NCBI GenBank assembly: GCA_022865525.1
Contig: JALHSV010000264.1
Span: 1 to 52,111, forward strand
Origin: Thermodesulfovibrionales bacterium
Lineage (GTDB): Bacteria; Nitrospirota; Thermodesulfovibrionia; Thermodesulfovibrionales; SM23-35
Length of the DNA stretch: 52,111 nt
Direction of reading: 5' to 3'
Positions 15,602-23,544 of this stretch are shown here, in pieces (position 1 is the first letter of the stretch; each line of letters begins with the position of its first letter). A program made the translations under genes and the position numbers. The notes beneath the pieces are model-generated. The model made no database searches and was not told the origin of the DNA. It saw only the letters and a list, made by a program, of their open reading frames with translations.

Positions 15602-15769
15602 TTACTCTTCATAAGAGGCCCGAGATACGGGTTCTAATACTGTGGCCGTTGCGCCCTTAAAATCCTTCCCGTATGTAAATAGATAATCACAAACATAATA
15701 AGAGTCTCCGATACGTCCGACCAATTGCTTTTTGTCGATTTGTTTCTTTTCTGTAGTCTCAACTTTCAT
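15602..15769 (-). CDS. small protein (55 aa; not in the ORF track), in frame with the 15287-15532 ORF
   Basis: Start context AAGGAGAATGAAATG. Reads MKVETTEKKQIDKKQLVGRIGDSYYVCDYLFTYGKDFKGATATVLEPVSRASYEE, then TAA. Confidence 0.5.
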   Translation of the reverse strand: MKVETTEKKQIDKKQLVGRIGDSYYVCDYLFTYGKDFKGATATVLEPVSRASYEE

Positions 15770-15805
15770 TTCATTCTCCTTTAATTAAGTTATTATTTGG
15801 CGTTT

Positions 15806-15976
15806 TTAATTATTGGCTTTCATCATACATTGTAAGAGGCTATTATATGGCCCCTTTGATTCATATTGGGGCGGCAGGTGCTTAATATCTGCCGCTGTTA
15901 GTTGATAACCGGCCCAGCGTTTTTTGCCTTTTTTGCGTACAATATACCACTGGATTTTATCGTTGGTGGTTTTCAT
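15806..15976 (-). CDS. small basic protein (56 aa; not in the ORF track)
   Basis: Start context AAGGAGAATGAAATG. Reads MKTTNDKIQWYIVRKKGKKRWAGYQLTAADIKHLPPQYESKGPYNSLLQCMMKANN. Confidence 0.5.
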   Translation of the reverse strand: MKTTNDKIQWYIVRKKGKKRWAGYQLTAADIKHLPPQYESKGPYNSLLQCMMKANN

Positions 15977-16020
15977 TTCATTCTCCTTATTAAGTTTTGG
16001 CGTCTTAACTTATATCATAT

Positions 16021-16049
16021 ATATTACAGTATAACTTTAATGTTTACAA
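16021..16049 (-). promoter_or_regulatory. sigma70-like promoter for the minus-strand cassette
   Basis: On the reverse strand: TTGTAA, 17 nt, TAATAT, about 40 nt upstream of the first cassette gene. Lies within an AT-rich divergent gap. Confidence 0.45.
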
Positions 16050-16210
16050 GATAATTATTCCTTTACACAACACGCTCAAAGCATAAATAGTTATAAGTAA
16101 AAGACTTATGAGCGAAAAAAAACTTTATTCTAATAAATAATAAACTTGTAATAATAGTTCAATATGTTAGTTTGTAATTAAATGATAACTTATTATAAGG
16201 AGTTTATGTT

Positions 16211-16657
16211 ATGGAAAAAATGTGTATAAGCTGCAAAAGGAAGCCCATTAAGATTAAGAAGTGGAGACGTTGTTTAGCTTGTTATCAAAAATACAGGAAA
16301 AAAGAGGGAATGAAAAATTGTAGAAGCGCAGAAGAAAGACCTATCGCTTTTCCGTCCGAGATAGAATTTATTAGAAGTTACTTTACACACAGCAACTGGA
16401 TATATCATCCTGCGAATTTCAAAGTCAACGGCAGCAAATATATGCCTGATTTTTATGACGGCGAACGAAACGTATTTATCGAAGTGGCCGGAACAAGACA
16501 GGCCTATTATAATAATCGGGCGAAATATATAACCTTTGCGGCCACTTTCCCGAAACTACAATTTGAAATACGGTATCCGGATGGCGTTTTATTGCCGCTA
16601 AATGAGACATATAAGGAAAAAATCGGACTTTCTGAAAATAAAAATAAATGTGTTTAA
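16211..16657 (+). CDS. zinc-ribbon protein with PD-(D/E)xK-like C-terminal region (possible nuclease)
   Basis: 148 aa. N-terminal CISCK...CLACY. YMPDFYD...VFIEVAG resembles a PD...ExK core, but the Lys position is Ala. Confidence 0.5.
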   Translation: MEKMCISCKRKPIKIKKWRRCLACYQKYRKKEGMKNCRSAEERPIAFPSEIEFIRSYFTHSNWIYHPANFKVNGSKYMPDFYDGERNVFIEVAGTRQAYYNNRAKYITFAATFPKLQFEIRYPDGVLLPLNETYKEKIGLSENKNKCV

Positions 16658-16671
16658 TTGCGAAATTAGAT

Positions 16672-16699
16672 TTGACATTTGCGAGTTTCCAAATATACT
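16672..16699 (+). promoter_or_regulatory. sigma70-like promoter (TTGACA-16-TATACT)
   Basis: The AGATTTGACAT context is shared with the promoter at 50971. Confidence 0.55.
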
Positions 16700-16776
16700 A
16701 ATGATATTAGGCGTGCGCCCGCCTTGAAAATAGGCGTCGAATATAAGCATATTTTGCAGGGATGTATAATATGATG

Positions 16777-16845
16777 GAAAATAGAATAATTCAGCCAGTC
16801 CAATACTCTTGTAACCACAGGATATATAGGGCTGGCTGTTTTTTT
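16777..16845 (+). ncRNA. candidate short terminated transcript (sRNA or tiny peptide RNA)
   Basis: TG-extended -10 (TGTATAATA, 16763-16771), followed about 20 nt later by a 10-bp hairpin (16792-16801 / 16829-16838) and T7. Confidence 0.3.
16792..16845 (+). terminator. terminator-like hairpin plus T7
   Basis: CAGCCAGTCC pairs with GGGCTGGCTG (one G-U), 27-nt loop, then TTTTTTT. Confidence 0.5.
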
Positions 16846-17161
16846 ATATCTAATTCTTAGTCTGGCACGGATAACGGCCTGAGTGAGTGGCAGTGCAAGA
16901 GTATAGTGTGTAAAGTGCTATGCAAATATATCAGTGGTTATAGGTGCGCTTGACTGAAATCCCGGCGCATCGGCTCATAAGAGTTTAGAGAGAGTTTCAC
17001 TGCTACTCGTAGTCCACATATTAAAACTATTATAACAAGGCTGAAACAGTGAAAGAAACGGAAAACCGCAACTCATCGGACTTCAGGTTTTTAAGTTTCT
17101 CCCTTTGGGCTGGGGGGAAACTCTACCAACAATCTATCGTCCTTCAGGAGTTGAAAGTAAT

Positions 17162-17707
17162 ATGAATAGAGACCATAAAACACAGAAAAAAGACAAAGAA
17201 AAGGCAATAACGCTTTATGCTTCAGGTGCTTCGATGCGTCAAATACAAATAGAATGCGGAAAAAACGCTACTGTAGAACGAGTTAAGCGATGGGGCATTG
17301 AAAAGATTAAAGAGCAAGGTTCTTGGAAGCCCACAAAGTTAACTAAAAAAGAGAGAAGAAAAGCATTAAACACTTTCCGGAAGCCAAAAAAGAGAAAAAC
17401 AAAGAAAACCGCTGAAAGTTGGAAGAAACGAGTATTTGCAAGTTGGGCCGATACGCCAGAGCAGGCAGCTTTTAGACGTTCACCGGCCTATCAAGAATGG
17501 CGTATAATAGTATTAGAACGCGATAAGTACACTTGCCAGCATTGTGAACAGACAGGCGGTCGATTAGTGGTACATCATGTAAAGACGTTCAAAATGCACC
17601 TAGAGTTAAGATTAGAGCCTGATAATGGGATAGTATTGTGTAATGACTGCCACGAAAAACTGCATTTAAGCAGGGTTAAACAGCCTAAAATACTAAAGAT
17701 AGCATAA
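17162..17707 (+). CDS. HNH endonuclease (packaging-associated)
   Basis: 181 aa from ATG 17162 (SD AGGAG). CQHCE...VVHHV...NGIVLCNDCHEKLH is an HNH core. Located immediately upstream of TerS. Confidence 0.8.
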   Translation: MNRDHKTQKKDKEKAITLYASGASMRQIQIECGKNATVERVKRWGIEKIKEQGSWKPTKLTKKERRKALNTFRKPKKRKTKKTAESWKKRVFASWADTPEQAAFRRSPAYQEWRIIVLERDKYTCQHCEQTGGRLVVHHVKTFKMHLELRLEPDNGIVLCNDCHEKLHLSRVKQPKILKIA

Positions 17708-17741
17708 ATGACCAATATAAAACGCACCAGGATGACCCAGG

Positions 17742-18209
17742 ATGGACGAACTCGACCAAATGAATACTAAACCACTAACAGATAAACAAAAACGCTTCTG
17801 CGAAGAGTATATACTTGACCTGAATGCTACACAAGCAGCTTTAAGAGCTGGATATTGCGCAAACACAGTAAATCAAACAGGTCCGGCTAACTTGGTAAAA
17901 GTTGGTATAAAGAAAGAGATAGATAGACTAAAGGCCATTAAGAGTAAAGAAATAGGGTTAACGGCTGAATTTATTATCAATAATCTCCGAAGCATAGCCG
18001 TAAACAACGCTGAATCAAGCCCTGCTGTATCTGTAAGGGCCTTCGAGTTATTAGGTAAGGTGAAGGGCATATTCGAGCCTGACAACCGGCAAAAGGCCCC
18101 TCAGACGGCTCAAATAACGTTTATTGACGGTACAAGGACGGCCGAAGAGGTTGAGCTGGCGCTGATACAGCGTAGGAAGCAGCTTGGAAACGCCATTTGT
18201 GAAGGATAA
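17742..18209 (+). CDS. terS: terminase small subunit (Terminase_2/P27-like)
   Basis: LTDKQKRFCEEYILDLNATQAALRAGY is a hallmark N-terminal HTH of this family. Confidence 0.85.
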   Translation: MDELDQMNTKPLTDKQKRFCEEYILDLNATQAALRAGYCANTVNQTGPANLVKVGIKKEIDRLKAIKSKEIGLTAEFIINNLRSIAVNNAESSPAVSVRAFELLGKVKGIFEPDNRQKAPQTAQITFIDGTRTAEEVELALIQRRKQLGNAICEG

Positions 18210-18211
18210 AC

Positions 18212-18463
18212 ATGTATAAGAACGAAGAGAAGCAAAGGGAAGCGAACGCAGAACGGCAAAGGCGTTACAGGGAAAAGGACAAGGCGTTACATGGCAAGCG
18301 TAGAGGCAAGGACATCAAGTGCTTTGCTGACCTGCCGTATGATGTCCGAGCTACCATTGACAGACTGAGTGCAGATGAGCAAGAGCACAACAGGCGGACA
18401 GGCATAGCCATTAGTTATCAGCACACGTTCCCTGATAGGTATTACTCAACTGGATGCTGTTAG
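18212..18463 (+). CDS. basic small protein (83 aa)
   Basis: Arg/Lys-rich N-terminus REANAERQRRYREKDK. Follows directly after TerS. Confidence 0.55.
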   Translation: MYKNEEKQREANAERQRRYREKDKALHGKRRGKDIKCFADLPYDVRATIDRLSADEQEHNRRTGIAISYQHTFPDRYYSTGCC

Positions 18464-18525
18464 TATAATAAGCAAAGACAATGACAATGAGTATATTATA
18501 TAATTATCTAATAAAGTCGAAGGTA

Positions 18526-18551
18526 GGGGGGCGGGGGTTGGGGTGATGGGG
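18526..18551 (+). other. G-quadruplex-type G-tract cluster (candidate cos/pac landmark)
   Basis: GGGGGG-c-GGGGG-tt-GGGG-tgat-GGGG in an ORF-free gap, followed by three GGTAC repeats (18550-18577). Confidence 0.6.
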
Positions 18552-18616
18552 TACTATGGTACCTAAAAGGATGGTACACTCTCTCTCACTGCCCAGGCCT
18601 AATTTTAGGGATTGAT

Positions 18617-18832
18617 ATGTTAAACAACCCATATTACTGGATTTCGTATTATAGTGTTTTGGGTGAATTTGATAAGGTTGAATATTGGACTGGGAAGATT
18701 TCGGAATATAAGGAGTCCTATAATGAGTGGAAGGATATTGAGGACGCTTACATCGAGTCTCAGATAATAAAGAATCGCAAGTGGCACAGTTTTTATTATT
18801 TTCTAAGATACTTAATTACGGGCAGGGACTGA
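18617..18832 (+). CDS. hypothetical protein (71 aa)
   Basis: Trp/Tyr-rich. + strand packing. Confidence 0.5.
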   Translation: MLNNPYYWISYYSVLGEFDKVEYWTGKISEYKESYNEWKDIEDAYIESQIIKNRKWHSFYYFLRYLITGRD

Positions 18833-18833
18833 T

Positions 18834-19025
18834 ATGAATAATGTTACCCAAACCAATACTTCGTCCACTACAGGCGATTCTGAGGCGTCTAAGGGGCACG
18901 TATATACACAGGAAGAGTTACGAAAGATGTATGGATTACCAAAGAGGGGTTGGAACAGTTATTTTGGTCATCCTGAAAAAGAGTTACCTCAACCCAAGTC
19001 TCCCACAGAAGGGCGAGAAGAATGA
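18834..19025 (+). CDS. hypothetical protein (63 aa)
   Basis: Chosen over the overlapping 18841 frame because its stop forms ATGA with the next start. Confidence 0.5.
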   Translation: MNNVTQTNTSSTTGDSEASKGHVYTQEELRKMYGLPKRGWNSYFGHPEKELPQPKSPTEGREE

Positions 19026-19279
19026 TAGCACACATAAATAGAATAAAGACAAGTCAGCCACATAGTCGTTCAGGTTGGTGTGATAGTTGCGATAGAGCGT
19101 CCGTAAGGTATGGTGCGAAATGTCCGGCTTGCGGAAATAAGCAAAAGACAAATAGAGCGAAGAAGCCGAGTCCTATGTTTGAGGGGCATGTATGGCTTCG
19201 TTACAATCCAAGAGACCCCAACAGGTATGGTTCGAGATATATACCGGCTCACATTCCCGTAGAAGGGCAGGAAGAATAA
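19022..19279 (+). CDS. zinc-ribbon protein (85 aa)
   Basis: CDSCD...CPACG. Confidence 0.55.
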   Translation: MIAHINRIKTSQPHSRSGWCDSCDRASVRYGAKCPACGNKQKTNRAKKPSPMFEGHVWLRYNPRDPNRYGSRYIPAHIPVEGQEE

Positions 19280-19282
19280 CTA

Positions 19283-19495
19283 ATGGCGCGTATAACGACT
19301 AAATTTGGATGTGGCGATAATGTAAATTGCAAGGGCATTCCCGGTCAGGTTACCGCCATATTCATTCGTGGTAAGGGCAGGGCTTATGAGTTTAGCTATC
19401 TTAACGGCGAAGGCGAACCAACTTGTGTAAATGCTGAGGAATGCGAACTAAGTAAAGAAAAGCAGCAAAGGATAGGATATAAGCATAATGAGTGA
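19283..19495 (+). CDS. hypothetical protein (70 aa)
   Basis: + strand packing. Confidence 0.55.
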   Translation: MARITTKFGCGDNVNCKGIPGQVTAIFIRGKGRAYEFSYLNGEGEPTCVNAEECELSKEKQQRIGYKHNE

Positions 19496-19658
19496 AAAAG
19501 AAAGACCTATTTGGGAACAATACGGAATTGGCATTGCCGAATATGCTCGTGCGTTTAATAAAGAATTATCGAATGCCGCTGAAAGATTGGGTATTACAAT
19601 GGTAGAAAAGTGCAAAGGTGGCCGCAGAGGTGGTAAAAAAGGTGGTAAGCGTAAATGA
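19488..19658 (+). CDS. small protein with Gly/Lys/Arg-rich tail (56 aa; not in the ORF track)
   Basis: MSEKERPIWEQYGIG...KGGRRGGKKGGKRK. Overlaps both neighbouring ORFs by a few nt. Confidence 0.45.
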   Translation: MSEKERPIWEQYGIGIAEYARAFNKELSNAAERLGITMVEKCKGGRRGGKKGGKRK

Positions 19659-20083
19659 GAGCATTAGTTATATTAATTTTAGCATTACTTACTTTTGTTC
19701 CTACTCCGGTGGTAGTTCCCGGCGACCCGTTTATATTTGACCCTGCTTTATGTCCGAGTCCGGCGATGTTGGCGGTAGTAGTTCCGGTGGGTGGTTCTTA
19801 CGCCGGCAGTCTGGACGTTTACGAGCGAGACGGAGAGGGCGTTGTTGTTACGGCTTCCAAGATAACGGTTGATTCGGTACCGATTACTATTAAGGATTCT
19901 ACTGACCCGTTAGGTTTGGCGGTTATTCATACGTTTAACTGGGGTTGGGCGCCTACTATTGACGATATAGGTCTGCATTATATAAATGTGGTGGTCTCTG
20001 ACCCATTAGGCGCAAAGGATGCAAGGACGTTGGTATTATTGATAAAGGTAAATAGTCCGCCCGTTATAGTGGGGTGTAGATGA
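19655..20083 (+). CDS. secreted protein with Ig/cadherin-like beta-sandwich signature
   Basis: Signal-like MRALVILILALLTFVP. YINVVVSDPLGAKDARTLVLLIKVNSPPVI resembles putative-Ig-domain repeats. Confidence 0.5.
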   Translation: MRALVILILALLTFVPTPVVVPGDPFIFDPALCPSPAMLAVVVPVGGSYAGSLDVYERDGEGVVVTASKITVDSVPITIKDSTDPLGLAVIHTFNWGWAPTIDDIGLHYINVVVSDPLGAKDARTLVLLIKVNSPPVIVGCR

Positions 20084-20115
20084 GGTTTTTGAGAAGGAAG
20101 AAACGGACGCATTAA

Positions 20116-21792
20116 TTGGGGGTTAGTACAAGATTAGGCTGGATAGCCGAAAATCTTAAAATCCAGAACAAGGCTGGCCGGTTAGTTCATTTAGTAGCTA
20201 ACGACGGTCAGATTCTGCTCAACGATACTATGGAGGAGCAGCGGAGGCGTTCTCTGCCTGTCCGGATAGTATTATTGAAGCCCCGCCAGGTGGGTTGGAC
20301 TACGTGGAGCGAGGCCGAGGGTTTTTACGACGCATATTTTCGTCCCAACTGGCAGGTTTTCATAGGTTCATTGGACACCGATTCGACCGACCACGTATTT
20401 TCGATGACGAAGTTATTTTTGAGTGAGATTGCCGACCCTAAACCTACGGACGCTACGAACCGCAAGGAAATTATCTTTTCCGCCCCTCACAGGAGCAAGA
20501 TTATTGCTCAGACGGCCGGTAAAGAGGGTTTTGGCCGAGGTTATACCCCGCATTATTTTCACGCTTCCGAGGTTGCTTTCTGGCCTAACGCCAAGAAGCA
20601 GCTTGCCGGTATTTATCAGGGCATTCCGCAGGGCAGGGACACTACGATTATCCTTGAGAGCACTGCAAACGGTGTCGGTGGCGCGTTTTACGATACATTC
20701 TGGGAGGCTGTCGAGCGAAGGAAGAGGAATCCGAACGATTATTCCGGTTATTTACCGGTCTTTTTCCCGTGGTACAGATTTTCCGAGTATTCCATTGACC
20801 CGCCGAAGGGTTTTCAGATGACTTCGGACGAGCGGGAGGAGTCTGACCAGTACGATTTAAGGCCCGGCCAGATATACTGGCGAAGATTGAAGATAGACGA
20901 GGTAAACGGGGACATATCCATCTTCCGTCAGGAGTATCCGGCTACCGCCTTGGAGGCTTTTCAGGCGTCCGGGAACCCGGTTTTCACTCAGCAGATGATA
21001 AAATCACAGGAATCTCAAGTCTGTCCTCATCCGAGGTACTGCATCATGGCCGGAGAGATTGAAAATGTCGACCGGATATTCAACTGCTGGCAGATAGTTC
21101 GATTACCGCAGATTAATCACGACTATTGTATGGGAATCGATACGATGGAGGGCCGCGTTTCCGATATTAACGACGTTAAGAGTAATCTTGACTGCGACGC
21201 CATCGCCATAATTGACCGTGCCGCCTGTGAGGTAGTGGCGATTTATCACGGCAGGGGCAATCAAGCCGATTTAGGTGAGCAGGCTCTCAGAATGGCCGAA
21301 TTTTACAACGATGCGTGGGTGGCCCCCGAGATTCCGGCCGGAATGGTGGTTTTAGGCAAGTTTAAGGACGCCGGTTACGACAATATCTACAATCGCCAGC
21401 AGCATGACGAGCGGTTAGAGACCTCCGACAGTGAGAATCTCGGCTGGCGTACTACTATGATTACCCGCGACTACATGATAAACCAGTTCATAACCTGCAT
21501 GAGGGACAATTCCCTGACGGTCAATTTCATGCCGGTAGTTGAAGAGATGAAGACTTTCATTCGAGATAAGACGGGCAAGAAGGTCCACATGCCGAGCAAG
21601 CACGACGACCTTCTCTTTGCCGTTATGATTGCTTTGCAGGTTCATTTAAGATGTCCGGTAACACAACCGTACCCCGACTCGCATACTACGAGTTACGTTC
21701 CGGACTACAGGGAAGACAATATAGTTTACGCAGGTGCGGTTGACTGTGAATACGAAAACGAAGAAGACGAAGAACAGATAAGGACAATATGA
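20116..21792 (+). CDS. terL: terminase large subunit
   Basis: 558 aa. P-loop-like LKPRQVGWTT, HASEVAFW, and an Asp-rich C-terminal nuclease half (GIDTMEG, DCDAIAIID, HDDLLFA). TTG start as in the track, so the exact start is uncertain. Confidence 0.85.
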   Translation: MGVSTRLGWIAENLKIQNKAGRLVHLVANDGQILLNDTMEEQRRRSLPVRIVLLKPRQVGWTTWSEAEGFYDAYFRPNWQVFIGSLDTDSTDHVFSMTKLFLSEIADPKPTDATNRKEIIFSAPHRSKIIAQTAGKEGFGRGYTPHYFHASEVAFWPNAKKQLAGIYQGIPQGRDTTIILESTANGVGGAFYDTFWEAVERRKRNPNDYSGYLPVFFPWYRFSEYSIDPPKGFQMTSDEREESDQYDLRPGQIYWRRLKIDEVNGDISIFRQEYPATALEAFQASGNPVFTQQMIKSQESQVCPHPRYCIMAGEIENVDRIFNCWQIVRLPQINHDYCMGIDTMEGRVSDINDVKSNLDCDAIAIIDRAACEVVAIYHGRGNQADLGEQALRMAEFYNDAWVAPEIPAGMVVLGKFKDAGYDNIYNRQQHDERLETSDSENLGWRTTMITRDYMINQFITCMRDNSLTVNFMPVVEEMKTFIRDKTGKKVHMPSKHDDLLFAVMIALQVHLRCPVTQPYPDSHTTSYVPDYREDNIVYAGAVDCEYENEEDEEQIRTI

Positions 21793-22097
21793 AACACGCT
21801 TTTACGCTTATAAACGCTACTATACCCAGACCTAATATAGCAAATCTTGAAATGCAGTTGGAATTATGGGACGACGCCGACCCTACTACCGGTGCGGCCG
21901 AAGATATACGTATATTCAGTAAAGAGACCAAGACTTCCGTTGCCGGAATGACTATAGAACAGCTTCTCGCCCGGATTCAACCTCAGATAAAACTGGAAGT
22001 GCAGGGTTATATAGACGCCTACGAGAAGGGCGAGAACATAGAAAATAACACTTTGGTCTTACAAATGGTATCTAATATAGATGGAGGATTAGTATAG
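21789..22097 (+). CDS. hypothetical virion-module protein (102 aa)
   Basis: ATGA coupling to terL. Confidence 0.6.
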   Translation: MKHAFTLINATIPRPNIANLEMQLELWDDADPTTGAAEDIRIFSKETKTSVAGMTIEQLLARIQPQIKLEVQGYIDAYEKGENIENNTLVLQMVSNIDGGLV

Positions 22098-22741
22098 TGG
22101 CAGCTACGATAACACTGGAACGCACAGTAACAGAACTACAGGCATGGACGGTGCTCGACGATAACGCTTCCGGAACGCCGTTCCTGTTAACTCCGGAGGT
22201 TGATATAAGTTCCGAAGTGGCCTGTCTTCTCAATATATCTATGGCGGCCTGCAATACTAATGCTATTGCTATAGCCGGCGAATGGATAGCTTACGGTAAG
22301 AGCGGAAGCACTGCGGACGACTGGAACGAGTTCGCACGAGGCAATTACGGAACAACGGCAAACGGCAAGATAGATATGTCGGCGGGTATAAATTCCGGTG
22401 AGATTTCTTGTTCGATGGGCGATACGACCGGAATTGCTACAAGGGGCCAGAGGGTATTAATCTACGATACGTCAACTGCGGCGAACTCGATGGTAAATAT
22501 GTTAGTGGATGTCTCCACTGGCGTAGCTTTATACTTTTGCTTTTCATCGAGCAAGGACTTTTCCACTCACTGTGACGTTTTGTGCCCGACCGGGGCTACC
22601 CTCCACGGCGTGAATCAATGGCCTGTAAGAGTTCCGGAAGAATACTGGACGGCAAGAGTGGTGTTTCTTAACGACGACGCCGATGTAAACTATTTGTGCC
22701 GGGTACAATATAACTTTATTACGGACTATACGAGTGTCTAA
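22097..22741 (+). CDS. hypothetical virion-module protein (214 aa)
   Basis: GTG start with SD GGAGGA 7 nt upstream. Confidence 0.6.
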   Translation: MAATITLERTVTELQAWTVLDDNASGTPFLLTPEVDISSEVACLLNISMAACNTNAIAIAGEWIAYGKSGSTADDWNEFARGNYGTTANGKIDMSAGINSGEISCSMGDTTGIATRGQRVLIYDTSTAANSMVNMLVDVSTGVALYFCFSSSKDFSTHCDVLCPTGATLHGVNQWPVRVPEEYWTARVVFLNDDADVNYLCRVQYNFITDYTSV

Positions 22742-23543
22742 TCGAAAACCATTATTAGGTGAATTATTAGATTACGGCGACCCCTTCACCAAGGGTCTCG
22801 TCGGCTGCTGGCTGATGAATGAAGGCTCAGGCAATACCGTTCAGGATTTGAGCGGGAATGGGAATGCGGGGACGTTAGTTGGAAATACCTATTGGGCAGG
22901 AGGTAAATTTGGGCCTGCTTTGGATTTTGATGGTACAACTGATTATGTGACTGTTAGCCCATTCAATAAAGGCCCAGTTACAGCGGGGACATATTCATTC
23001 TGGTTAAATTATCATACAGTCGTTGCGAATGATGGTTTCATTACATCATGGGAAACAGCCGCAAAAGTTGGAAATGGAATACTTATTTTCAACTATGGAG
23101 CAAAATTACGATTCAGTCTTTATAATGATGCACAAACAGAGGTCTATAAAGTATCCCTATTTGACCTCGGAGGGCCCGCATATACTTTGAATACATGGCA
23201 GCACTGGGTATGCACGTTTGACAGCAGTAGTGCTATTGTGTATCTCAACAGTATAGAGGTAGGCAGGGATGACGGCCCTGCTGGAGTTTTAGATATAGCT
23301 CCTCCACAGTTATACTTTGGTTCAGATAGAGAATTTGCAAATCGTGATATTGATGGACAACTTGATGTTATTTCTATTTATAACCGAGCCTTATCAGCAA
23401 GCGAAATACAGCAACAGGACCGAGAGCCGTTCAGATTTATAGGTAGAAAAAGAAGAAGGATAATTTACGACGAAATAGCGGGCGGTGTGCCGACGACATT
23501 CCCGTATTACTATAGAGAAATAGCAAGCAGGAGAATTGCCTGA
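22734..23543 (+). CDS. LamG / concanavalin-A-like lectin domain protein
   Basis: GNGNAGTLVGNTYWAGGKFGPALDFDGTTDYV...WQHWVCTFD...YLNS...GQLDVISIYNRALSASEI is the Laminin_G_3 pattern. Confidence 0.75.
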   Translation: MSNRKPLLGELLDYGDPFTKGLVGCWLMNEGSGNTVQDLSGNGNAGTLVGNTYWAGGKFGPALDFDGTTDYVTVSPFNKGPVTAGTYSFWLNYHTVVANDGFITSWETAAKVGNGILIFNYGAKLRFSLYNDAQTEVYKVSLFDLGGPAYTLNTWQHWVCTFDSSSAIVYLNSIEVGRDDGPAGVLDIAPPQLYFGSDREFANRDIDGQLDVISIYNRALSASEIQQQDREPFRFIGRKRRRIIYDEIAGGVPTTFPYYYREIASRRIA

Positions 23544-23544
23544 T

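Noticed and set aside
15602-15604. Genome-wide stop-codon reassignment (TAA read as sense)
   Set aside because: Long genes (terL, portal, 683-aa and 699-aa ORFs) are intact under the standard code and many genes end in TAA at sensible junctions. Only this one in-frame TAA was seen, so it is kept as a local observation.
16172-16199. Plus-strand promoter TTGTAA-16-TATAAG immediately before the 16211 gene
   Set aside because: Its -10 overlaps the SD (TATAAGGAG), so a transcript from it would lack the ribosome-binding site. The AT-rich region generates many such matches.
16771-16860. 29-aa ORF (MMENRIIQPVQYSCNHRIYRAGCFFISNS) as a confident CDS
   Set aside because: It has no SD, begins right at the putative -10, and its 3' half is the terminator hairpin. 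It is kept only as an alternative reading of the sRNA candidate.
17105-17161. N-terminal extension of the HNH ORF (non-ATG start at 17105)
   Set aside because: It has no SD and overlaps a GTTTC/GAAAC hairpin. The ATG at 17162 has an AGGAG SD at proper spacing.
20423-20821. Plus-strand alternative-frame ORF inside terL, and similar ones (717-914, 8379-8576, 9530-9829, 26851-27066, 42648-42917, 44794-45048, 46770-47018)
   Set aside because: Each is embedded out of frame in a longer gene with recognisable motifs. They are Arg/Ser/Leu-rich shadow translations.
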